Source: Croceivirga sp.
Lineage (GTDB): Bacteria; Bacteroidota; Bacteroidia; Flavobacteriales; Flavobacteriaceae
DNA: 64,000 nucleotides
NCBI GenBank assembly: GCA_028284665.1
Contig: JANQRG010000020.1
Span: forward strand, 46,186-110,185
Reading direction: 5' to 3'
Shown here: piece by piece, positions 55,299 through 63,395 of the stretch
How the letters are laid out: each line of letters begins with the position of its first letter
Numbering within the stretch: the stretch's first letter is position 1
The notes under the pieces: model-generated
Databases searched by the model: none
Told to the model about the DNA's origin: nothing
What the model saw: only the letters and a program-made list of their open reading frames with translations
Translations under genes and position numbers: made by a program

Positions 55299-56912
55299 TT
55301 AGACACCCAGCTCCTTTTGGCGTCGTTGGTTCAGTGCTATGGTGATCTCATCCATTTTACTTTGATTAAGCGGATAGAGCACCATGACTATGGCGGCAAT
55401 TCCGGCTACGATAGCGGGCACCCAACTCATCAACATGATAATTCCGGGAATAGCCCCCTGGATCGCTACCTGATCCAGCCCGTCATAATGATACGCCGCC
55501 AGTATGGCGCCTATGACTACGCCAGCCAGGCCACCGCCAAACTTAGTGGCAAAAGAACCTGCAGAATACACCAAGCCTGTTGCTCGTCGGCCATTTTTAA
55601 ATTCCGAATAATCTGCGGCATCGCCAAGCATGGCAAAGAATAGCGTGGGGAAGACCGCGGCTGCAAATTCCGAGACCGTTCCAATGGTGAATATCCAAAA
55701 AACGTTGTTCGGTCCGCAAAAGAGGAGTAAAGCATTGACGGCCCCGGAAAAAAGTAAGGCATAAATGAACAATTCCTTCTTGCCCAGTTTTCGTCCTAAC
55801 CAGCCCGTAGCCATGGCCCCGATTATGGAGGCTACCATAAGCGCTACCAGGTAAGAAGCGGACAATAATTGATCTTGTAAATAATGGGTAAAATAAATAA
55901 CGGTAATACCTTGTTTTATGGAATTATATACATTAAACAGCAGACCGATAAACAGGAGTACCAACCAGGGCTTGTTACGGACCAGGTCATAAAAGTCCCT
56001 TTTTAAGTTGGACTTTTGCTCCTTTGGGGGTTTTACCCTTTCGCGGGTGCTGATAAAGGTTAAGATTAGGAACAAGGCCAGAAATACGGACATCAGGTAA
56101 ATGGCATTGCTATATCCTTTCTTCTGATCTATGATGGAGATATCCGTTGTTGTGATGCCGGGTTCTCCGCTAACGAGAAAAGCATATTCCCGTTCTGCTT
56201 CCATAGAGAAGCTAATACTATGCGTTGCCTCCTGGGCTTGCGTTTCACCATTTGCCCATGCAAAGGTGGCTATTCCGTTTTCAGTTTTAATGTTGGCATT
56301 GGCTACATCCCTGGGGGCACTAACCCTAACATCGTAGATATCTTCATTTACCGGCGAAACTGTCACGGTTGGATTAACATTGCCATAAAAGGCCACAAGG
56401 AACAGCAAGGCGCCCTGTACCAGCATACCCCCTGCAAAAGCACCAACCATACGATAGGAACCAAGGACGGTACGTTCCTTGTCATCCCCCGTGATCACTC
56501 CCATTAATGCCCCGTAAGGAACATTGTTGGCCGTATACAGCAAGGTGAAAATAATGTAAGTGCTATAGGCATACACAATTTTACCGGTAGGGCCCAGATC
56601 AGGGGTGGTAAACAACAGTGACAGTGTGGCGGCGAGGGGAAGGGCCGTCCATAGGATCCAGGGTCGGAATTTCCCGTATTTGGTGTTTGTTCTATCCCCT
56701 ACAATTCCCATCAGGACATCGCTGATACCATCACTGGACCTGGCGATCAGCAATAATAACCCAACGGATGCCGGGCTTAGTCCGTAAACATCAGTATAAA
56801 AAATAAACAGGAAGGTAGCTACCCCCCGCCAGGCGATGTTGGCCGCTCCGTCCCCAAGGGCATAACCGGCTTTTTCGAGAAATGACAGTTTGTGTTTTTT
56901 TGAAGGTTCCAT
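55299..56912 (-). CDS. Glycoside-pentoside-hexuronide (GPH) family MFS symporter with about 90-aa loop insertion
   Basis: The blocks YALGD...N, DG..D...G...DRT.TK.GKFRPW and YSAGSFA.K fit GPH/MelB-like transporters. At 537 aa it is about 70-90 aa longer than is typical. Confidence 0.85.
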   Translation of the reverse strand: MEPSKKHKLSFLEKAGYALGDGAANIAWRGVATFLFIFYTDVYGLSPASVGLLLLIARSSDGISDVLMGIVGDRTNTKYGKFRPWILWTALPLAATLSLLFTTPDLGPTGKIVYAYSTYIIFTLLYTANNVPYGALMGVITGDDKERTVLGSYRMVGAFAGGMLVQGALLFLVAFYGNVNPTVTVSPVNEDIYDVRVSAPRDVANANIKTENGIATFAWANGETQAQEATHSISFSMEAEREYAFLVSGEPGITTTDISIIDQKKGYSNAIYLMSVFLALFLILTFISTRERVKPPKEQKSNLKRDFYDLVRNKPWLVLLFIGLLFNVYNSIKQGITVIYFTHYLQDQLLSASYLVALMVASIIGAMATGWLGRKLGKKELFIYALLFSGAVNALLLFCGPNNVFWIFTIGTVSEFAAAVFPTLFFAMLGDAADYSEFKNGRRATGLVYSAGSFATKFGGGLAGVVIGAILAAYHYDGLDQVAIQGAIPGIIMLMSWVPAIVAGIAAIVMVLYPLNQSKMDEITIALNQRRQKELGV

Positions 56913-56929
56913 AGATTAGGTTGGTTGGG

Positions 56930-57676
56930 TTAGATCACAAAATCGAACAGCTCTTTTTTCGTTTTCTCAAATACCTCCCTGCTGAACATGTAGAGCTGGG
57001 CAGGTTTATGGGGTACCCCCTTTTGTTTTTCATTTAAGGGGATCACATATTTCATGCGGTTTACTTTCTTTCTAAAATTCCGCTTGTCAAAATGGGTATC
57101 AAAAATCTGTTCATACACGGTTTGCAGTTGCGTGAGGGTGAATTTTTCCGGTAACAACCCGAAACCAATGGGCTCATGCTTCATTTTGTTGCGCAGGGCT
57201 TCCATGGCTTGCTCTAATATTTCATTATGATCAAAACCCAGTTGGCCCACTGTCTTCACGGGGACCCATTTCACCCTTCTTCCCATCCATTTGAGAGAGA
57301 CATCCTGTGTTGCCAATAATGCGAAGTAACCAATAGAGACCACCCGTTCTTCCGGATTCTTTCCGATACTCCTAAGCCATTTTTGATCCTTTGGCTTTAG
57401 CAGTCGTCCGGGATCTGCAAAGGTTTTGAACTGTTCCAAATAGATATCGGATATGCCGGTAAGATTAAAAACGACCCTGGTGGCTGCCTCTTTAATGGTC
57501 TCTCCTTCGTACACGTGATTTCCGGTCAGGGTCCAGTCCGGTTGAAAATCTGACACCGATTCATCTTCACTTAGTGTTCTTTCTACAAGTAATACATTTA
57601 GTTTTTCAGCATCATAACCAAAAACCACACAATCTACAGATATATAAGGATTTAATTGTGATACTGTTTCTAACAT
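56930..57676 (-). CDS. Nudix-domain transcriptional regulator (NrtR/AraR-like)
   Basis: A Nudix-fold N-terminus (VDCVVFGY.....VLLV......W.L.G..V..GE....AA.R) is followed by a C-terminal winged-helix-like part (FTL.QLQ.VYE.I......KRNFRKK). I chose ATG 57676 as the start; the ORF track gives TTG 57682. Confidence 0.7.
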   Translation of the reverse strand: MLETVSQLNPYISVDCVVFGYDAEKLNVLLVERTLSEDESVSDFQPDWTLTGNHVYEGETIKEAATRVVFNLTGISDIYLEQFKTFADPGRLLKPKDQKWLRSIGKNPEERVVSIGYFALLATQDVSLKWMGRRVKWVPVKTVGQLGFDHNEILEQAMEALRNKMKHEPIGFGLLPEKFTLTQLQTVYEQIFDTHFDKRNFRKKVNRMKYVIPLNEKQKGVPHKPAQLYMFSREVFEKTKKELFDFVI

Positions 57677-57704
57677 GACCAATACTAATTGCGGTGATGT
57701 TTGA

Positions 57705-57712
57705 CAAATATA
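57705..57712 (-). promoter_or_regulatory. Bacteroidota-type -7 box (TATATTTG) for the cellodextrin locus
   Basis: It matches TAnnTTTG on the minus strand, 28 nt upstream of ATG 57676. Confidence 0.45.
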
Positions 57713-57713
57713 A

Positions 57714-57742
57714 TTACTTAGTGTATATAATACAATAAGTAA
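57714..57742. promoter_or_regulatory. Inverted repeat TTACTTA-N15-TAAGTAA upstream of the Nudix-regulator/GPH/GH94/GH9 operon
   Basis: The 7-bp perfect arms lie just upstream, in the minus sense, of a TATATTTG -7 box at 57705-57712. They are in the only sizeable non-coding gap ahead of the four co-directional genes. Confidence 0.4.
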
Positions 57743-57875
57743 ATCAAAAAAATTATTTTGTGCAGTACATGAGGTTTTGAGGTCTCAGGGTGCGGTCTTG
57801 AATTTCCCCTCGAAAAACCTTCGATTCATGAGTTTGTGGGAAAGGAAGTATATGGTATGGAACTGTGCGATAGAG

Positions 57876-58436
57876 TTACGGCATAGCTTGGATCATTCTG
57901 TTCAGACTTCGTACTGTAATGCCCAAATAGTTAGCAATATCCTTTTTGGAGATCTTTTGTAACATATCGGGGAATTCCTGCAATAGTTTTTTCAGGTTGG
58001 CTTCTAACGGGTGGGATTGATGGTAGGAATGTCTAAGTGCCGTATATCGGATTTTGTTTCCCATTAACTTTAGCACCTGTCGATTGAACACCTTGTCGGA
58101 TTGCAGTAAAGCCAGAAAGGTTTCCTTTGGAATTTTAAAGTAGGACATCGGTGTCAGGGCTTCTATCGTACAAAAACTAAAGGCGTTGGTAATTGCTTCG
58201 ATCTCCCCAAACACTTCACCTTCACCAAAGAACTCCTGTATAAAATCGTTTCCGGTATCCTCTGTAAGGTAACACTTGGCCATCCCTGCTTCCATCACGT
58301 AAACCGCAAAGACGGAGGTCCGTTGCCTAATGATCTGTTCTCCAACGCCGGCATGTTGCATTTCAAGGGTAGGGTGTTCCCCTAACGCATGAAGTTTGCT
58401 GATATATTCCAAAAACGCCTTGTTTCTCCTGATCAT
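57876..58436 (-). CDS. Crp/Fnr family transcriptional regulator
   Basis: A cNMP-binding-like barrel (FGEGEVFGEIEA) is followed by the C-terminal HTH (SKKDIANYLGITVRSLNR). Confidence 0.85.
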   Translation of the reverse strand: MIRRNKAFLEYISKLHALGEHPTLEMQHAGVGEQIIRQRTSVFAVYVMEAGMAKCYLTEDTGNDFIQEFFGEGEVFGEIEAITNAFSFCTIEALTPMSYFKIPKETFLALLQSDKVFNRQVLKLMGNKIRYTALRHSYHQSHPLEANLKKLLQEFPDMLQKISKKDIANYLGITVRSLNRMIQAMP

Positions 58437-58522
58437 TTCCTCTGGGACAAATGTCCTTTTTTAACTGGCAGATCGCCTATTTCTTTGCTGAGACTTTTAC
58501 CTGCAACAAGATACCACTTGGG

Positions 58523-59698
58523 ATGCAAAAAACACCTAGCATTTACAGTCTTCGTTTTGGAGTATTATGTTTCAGTTCCTTGTTCTTTTCGGCAAGTTAT
58601 AACATGCTCATCCCTGAACTTCCGGCCTATTTATCCGGTCTGGGAGGAGCAGAATATATAGGCCTGATCATAGCCTTATTCACACTAACAGCAGGATTAT
58701 CCCGTCCTTTTAGTGGTGTGCTAACCGACAAAATGGGAAGAAAGCCGGTTATGGTGGTTGGCGCTTTGGTGTGTGTGATCTGTGGAGTCCTATATCCCAT
58801 TTTAGGTACGGTAGCCGGATTTCTCTTTTTGCGACTTTTCCATGGTTTTTCTACCGGATTTAGTCCTACCGCAATTGCAGCCTATGTCTCTGATATCATT
58901 CCTGCTAAACGGTGGGGAGAGGCATTTGGTGTCCAAAGTCTTTTTTTTAGTACCGGTTTGGCCCTGGGGCCGGCCCTGGGAAGCTGGATAAAGATGTACT
59001 TTTCCTTTGCAGTTTTGTTCCATAGCTCTTCGTGCATGGCCTTATTGTCTCTCATTTTTATTTTGCGACTAAAAGAAACGCTAACACAAAAAGAGCCGTT
59101 TCGTTGGCGTTTATTGCGAATTTCAAGGAACGATATTATTGCCCTGGAAGTTTTGGTCCCTGCGATAATTACTTTTTTAGCCTATGTTGCGTTTGGAATG
59201 ATGCTTACTTTAATTCCGGATTGGAGTGAACACCTGGGGATAACCAACAAAGGAAGTTTTTTTATCGTTTTTACAGTGACTTCACTTGCCATACGTTTTG
59301 TCGCTGGGAAAGCTTCAGATCGCCTTGGAAGGAAAGTGATAACTATTATCGGGTTATTGGTGTTATTGATCTCATTAGTGCTAATGGCTACTTTACAATT
59401 TTCGAACGGACTGCTTTTAGCTGCAGGAATTTATGGCCTTTCCATGGGGATACTTTCACCGGCCTTAAGCGCCTGGACATTTGATTTAAGTCCTGAGGGG
59501 CAGAAAGGAAAGGGTGTGGCCACAATGTTTATTGCGCTGGAAGCAGGGATAGGGCTAGGGGCCTTGTTTTCCGGATGGTACTATCAAAGCACCTATGAAA
59601 ACATACCCGGGGCTATGTTGGGCTGTTCGTTTTTAGCGTTTCTGGGGCTACTCTTTTTGGTAATGAACAAAAACAAATCCATCAATCATCCGAATTGA
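58523..59698 (+). CDS. MFS transporter
   Basis: It is a 12-TM protein with the MFS motif LTDKMGRKPV and the duplicate ASDRLGRKV. I chose ATG 58523 as the start; the ORF track opens at 58451. Confidence 0.85.
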   Translation: MQKTPSIYSLRFGVLCFSSLFFSASYNMLIPELPAYLSGLGGAEYIGLIIALFTLTAGLSRPFSGVLTDKMGRKPVMVVGALVCVICGVLYPILGTVAGFLFLRLFHGFSTGFSPTAIAAYVSDIIPAKRWGEAFGVQSLFFSTGLALGPALGSWIKMYFSFAVLFHSSSCMALLSLIFILRLKETLTQKEPFRWRLLRISRNDIIALEVLVPAIITFLAYVAFGMMLTLIPDWSEHLGITNKGSFFIVFTVTSLAIRFVAGKASDRLGRKVITIIGLLVLLISLVLMATLQFSNGLLLAAGIYGLSMGILSPALSAWTFDLSPEGQKGKGVATMFIALEAGIGLGALFSGWYYQSTYENIPGAMLGCSFLAFLGLLFLVMNKNKSINHPN

Positions 59699-59705
59699 TG
59701 GATTT
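59675..59705. terminator. Hairpin overlapping the MFS stop codon between convergent genes
   Basis: AAATCCATCAAT-catccga-ATTGATGGATTT is a 12-bp perfect stem. The T-run is only 3 nt, so termination efficiency is uncertain. Confidence 0.45.
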
Positions 59706-59727
59706 ATAGCTCAGGTTGTACCGTTTG

Positions 59728-60573
59728 TTAACTCTCAAAAGCAGTATTTTCAGCGACTTCCCGCCATGTCTCCAGGTCGGCCAGCAACTGCTCTCCATGT
59801 GCTTTAACGGCATCTACCGCATCTTTGCCTAGTTGTAAACGTAGCGGGGTATGCTCTGAAAGCAGGGCTTTTTCAATGGCTTCGGCTGCTTTTTTTGGGT
59901 CACCTTCCTGAGTGTTGTGCATTTCCTTCGCAAAATCACGGGTACCGCCTACAATAGTATCATACGCATCAATTTTCGGCATGTGTTTTAAAGCATTTCC
60001 GGCAAATTCAGTACGGAAGGCTCCGGGTTCAACGATCATGGTTTTTATGCCAAACGGGGCAACTTCCTGTGCCAGGGCTTCGGAAGCCCCTTCCAGGGCA
60101 AATTTTGAAGCAGAATAGGCACCAAATCCTCCAAATGACATATTACCGCCCATACTGCTCATATTTACGATGGCCCCACTTTCGGCTTTTCGCATATGAG
60201 GTAAAGCCTCCTGGGTAACAGCAACTGCACCGAAGAAATTGGTTTCCATTTGTTTTCTTAATTCTTCCTCGGGGGTTTCCTCCAATGCACCCACAATGCC
60301 GTAGCCTGCGTTATTAATAAGCACATCAATCTTACCCCATTGTTTTATAGCCTCGGCCACACCTTGTTTTACTTCTTCCCGTTGGGTCACATCCATTTGG
60401 ATGGGCAGGACTTGTTCAGGGGCCATGGACAGCAATTCTTCCAGTTTTTCTTTTCTTCTTGCGGTTGCCACCACGTTGTAGCCGTTGCTTATGGCATGTT
60501 CTGCCAGGGATCTGCCGAAGCCTGAAGAGGCTCCGGTTATAAACCAAACGGTATTTTCGTTATTATTTTCCAT
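59728..60573 (-). CDS. SDR family oxidoreductase
   Basis: It has TGASSGFG, NNAG and the YxxxK motif YSASK. The protein is 281 aa. Confidence 0.9.
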   Translation of the reverse strand: MENNNENTVWFITGASSGFGRSLAEHAISNGYNVVATARRKEKLEELLSMAPEQVLPIQMDVTQREEVKQGVAEAIKQWGKIDVLINNAGYGIVGALEETPEEELRKQMETNFFGAVAVTQEALPHMRKAESGAIVNMSSMGGNMSFGGFGAYSASKFALEGASEALAQEVAPFGIKTMIVEPGAFRTEFAGNALKHMPKIDAYDTIVGGTRDFAKEMHNTQEGDPKKAAEAIEKALLSEHTPLRLQLGKDAVDAVKAHGEQLLADLETWREVAENTAFES

Positions 60574-60608
60574 AGTATTTCTTTTTTTGTCTTTTACAAT
60601 TTACCAAA

Positions 60609-62510
60609 CTATTTCAAGTAATTTACCACGGCTCCCATTGCAGCCGTTACGGCATCTGCTTCAAAATATAACTGCTGCTGATTGAATTGATTCAACCATT
60701 TAATGTCTTTTTCCCCTTTCAATAATTCGTAGAATTGTTTTGCTCCTTGTGGAACAGCACCACTTTCGCTATGTACGATAAAAACAGGTTGTGAAATATC
60801 CGCTCCCACCGAGATACCGTCAAAGGTTAACCAGGGTTCCCAGCTACTTACAGCAAAGCGATTGTCATAATACGAACCTGCAGCTTTAGCAGGATTCAAA
60901 TAGTAATCAAAGATGTTGTTGGGCACATACATTGCACTTAGTGGGTCCAATTCACTGGCCGCCAATACATAGTCCATTTGCCCTGTTTCGGCATATTGTA
61001 TTTTAGCAGCTCGTGCGGCCTTAAGCAAGCCCTCTGTTCCCCCGGGGCGCATATCATATATGGCTTTTGCGATTTCAGGATTGTGTAACCATGGGGCCAC
61101 CAGTATCAAGTTTTTTATACGATCATCCTGGGCCGTGGCATGCGCCATATAGCCAGAGCTGGCACAGACTCCTAATCCGGAGAGTTTTTCACTATCCACG
61201 TTCTTATGAGCCACCAAAAAATCAACGGCAGCTTTGATGTCCTCGATCTTCAATTGATAGTCCTCAACCTGTCGGGGTTGGCCTTCGCTTTCCCCGAATC
61301 CGGTAAAGTCAAAAGTTAGCGTAATAAAACCGTCCCTGGCTAAAACACTGGCATATTCGTCCGGCATTTGTTCCTTAACACTGGTCCAACTACCAGTAAC
61401 TATAGCAGCAGGGTAGGTACTGTTTGTATTAAACTCCGGTGGGAGGAACAAATGTCCTTTTAATAAGGCTCCATTGCTGTTGAAACTTACCTCCTCCAGT
61501 AGTATACCGCTGTTGGTGGGTGCACCTGCCTGATGAACGGAATAGGTCTCTGGTTGTAGTCCGGGCCATCCGTTTAAAAGGATGTTCGGATTGAACTGCT
61601 CTACAAATTTTTCGATTTTTCCACTTTCATTAAGGGTGTAAATTCCAACATAGGCATTGTTGTACGGTTTTCCTTCTCCCGTGGTAATGGTACCCTTGAA
61701 TTTGGCAAGGATAACATTGGGATTGGAAGTGCCAAAGTATTCCCGTTCGTATTTTTGGGTGTAGTCCATTACCCCCGTATATTGATTTTTCATGGCGGCC
61801 AGACCGTTTAGGGTTTTTGGGAAATCCTTTGGGGCAAAGGGCATTTCCTGTACAACACTATCATCCAGGGATGATAATACCGTATTAAGATCGCGTTCCT
61901 CCAAACCGGAGAAAAAGGTTTCTATAGCAGCGACGTTTTCGGCTGTTACCAGGGGAGGAATATTTCCATTTTTTACATTTTCCATGGCGGTAAGCGGGAG
62001 TTGCCCATTTCCGGTTTGGTCATAAAGGCTCAAATCGATCCGTGCTAACTTCCATTCGCCGTTTTCCCGGATAAACTCAGTATCATACCCCACGAAGGCC
62101 GTCCAAAAATCATCCGTCAAAAAATGGGTGGCTATGGCGTCCATAGTGGCTGTTGCTCTATCGCCGGCTACCCAAATGGCTTCGTTATGCACCTGATGTA
62201 TTGTGCGTTCAAATCCGGGAAGCAAGGCTTCCCATCCTTCAAGTATTTCTGATGGGGTTTTAAAGCCGGAATCCCCACCTAAGGCCGTGTAATCGGTATA
62301 AACGGAATCTGCCATCGTTTGCCTGACGGCCTCCCAATTCCGTTGATCTACACTATGAAATAGCGTGTGGATAACGCTCTCGATCTGCTTTTCTGCACTT
62401 TCGGTAGTTGTTGCTACTGTAGTCATGTCTGTTTCGTTTTTAGTTGCTGTTTCATTTATACAGGCTATCAGGAAGGAGGCGATAGAAACTGTTACAATTA
62501 TGTTTTTCAT
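60609..62510 (-). CDS. Lipoprotein fusing two NTF2/SnoaL-like domains to a C-terminal alpha/beta hydrolase
   Basis: ATG 62510 gives MKNIIVTVSIASFLIAC. Two roughly 130-aa NTF2-like segments come first (W...R..MADSVYTDY; LDDSVVQEMPF..). An alpha/beta fold follows, with FDFTGFGES and the elbow GLGVCASSGY. Confidence 0.65.
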   Translation of the reverse strand: MKNIIVTVSIASFLIACINETATKNETDMTTVATTTESAEKQIESVIHTLFHSVDQRNWEAVRQTMADSVYTDYTALGGDSGFKTPSEILEGWEALLPGFERTIHQVHNEAIWVAGDRATATMDAIATHFLTDDFWTAFVGYDTEFIRENGEWKLARIDLSLYDQTGNGQLPLTAMENVKNGNIPPLVTAENVAAIETFFSGLEERDLNTVLSSLDDSVVQEMPFAPKDFPKTLNGLAAMKNQYTGVMDYTQKYEREYFGTSNPNVILAKFKGTITTGEGKPYNNAYVGIYTLNESGKIEKFVEQFNPNILLNGWPGLQPETYSVHQAGAPTNSGILLEEVSFNSNGALLKGHLFLPPEFNTNSTYPAAIVTGSWTSVKEQMPDEYASVLARDGFITLTFDFTGFGESEGQPRQVEDYQLKIEDIKAAVDFLVAHKNVDSEKLSGLGVCASSGYMAHATAQDDRIKNLILVAPWLHNPEIAKAIYDMRPGGTEGLLKAARAAKIQYAETGQMDYVLAASELDPLSAMYVPNNIFDYYLNPAKAAGSYYDNRFAVSSWEPWLTFDGISVGADISQPVFIVHSESGAVPQGAKQFYELLKGEKDIKWLNQFNQQQLYFEADAVTAAMGAVVNYLK

Positions 62511-62626
62511 GGCGTTTAAAATGATTTTTTTGTTATCAATTATTGCTGATGTAAAGCTAATAGCAACGGTAGTCCTGGGGCCTACGGAATTCAAAGGAGC
62601 AACTACAGAATTCAACGAAAAGGCAT

Positions 62627-62654
62627 AAAAAAAGCCCCTTTTGGAGCTTTTTTA
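62627..62654 (-). terminator. Candidate intrinsic terminator after the SDR gene 62673-63377
   Basis: On the minus strand it reads AGCTCC-aaaa-GGGGCT followed by TTTTTT. The stem has one mismatch. Confidence 0.45.
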
Positions 62655-62672
62655 ACTTAGCAGAAACCTGCG

Positions 62673-63377
62673 CTACCAGGCTATCTCAGATTTGTCCCTA
62701 AAGAATTTGGCTGTTGGCCCGTTATCCGGCAATAAAGCCGCCCAAATAATTGTAGCGGCACCTTCTTCCGGACTTTTTGGGGCTCCAGCTCCTCCCATAT
62801 CAGTGCGTACCCAGCCCGGGCAAACCGCATTTACCAGAATATTTTTGTTTTGAAGATGCCTTGCCAGGCTAATGGTTAAAGCATTTAACGCCACTTTGGA
62901 AATACTATATCCCGGGGTTTCCCCGCTTAAGGCCGCTAATTCACCCGAGCTACTACTTACGTTTACAATACGGCCAAAATGGTTTCTTTGCATTAAGGAT
63001 AAAAAGGCCTGACTCATACGCCAGGGCCCCAATACGTTAGTATTCAGCGTTTCCTGGACGTTTTCAAGATCGGCGTCACTTACATTCTGCCAGGTGTCGT
63101 AATTGATACCGGCGTTATTGATCAAAATATCCAATCGGCCAAATGTTTTGGTGACGTATTCCACCAGCTTTTGGACACTTTCTGTCGAGGTTACATCAAG
63201 CGGATGATAGTACACATTTGAGTCATCTAACTGATCCAATGCTGCTCTTCCGTCTTTTTCGTTTCTACTGGTAAGCACTACGGTGATCCCTTGTTCCGCA
63301 AGTCCCTTCACCACGGCAAAACCGATCCCTCTGTTGGAACCGGTTACCAAAGCTACTTTGTTTGCTATTGTTTTCAT
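62673..63377 (-). CDS. SDR family oxidoreductase (carbonyl-reductase-like)
   Basis: It has TGSNRGIG, NNAG and the motif YSISK. The protein is 234 aa. Confidence 0.9.
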   Translation of the reverse strand: MKTIANKVALVTGSNRGIGFAVVKGLAEQGITVVLTSRNEKDGRAALDQLDDSNVYYHPLDVTSTESVQKLVEYVTKTFGRLDILINNAGINYDTWQNVSDADLENVQETLNTNVLGPWRMSQAFLSLMQRNHFGRIVNVSSSSGELAALSGETPGYSISKVALNALTISLARHLQNKNILVNAVCPGWVRTDMGGAGAPKSPEEGAATIIWAALLPDNGPTAKFFRDKSEIAW

Positions 63378-63395
63378 CTGAGCAGGGTTAACGGA

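Noticed and set aside
58444-58456. The short palindrome GGACAaaTGTCC just upstream of the Crp/Fnr-family gene, considered as a possible Crp box.
   Set aside because: The arms are only 5 bp. The spacing and half-sites do not match the TGTGA-N6-TCACA or TTGAT-N4-ATCAA consensus, and a match this short is expected by chance.
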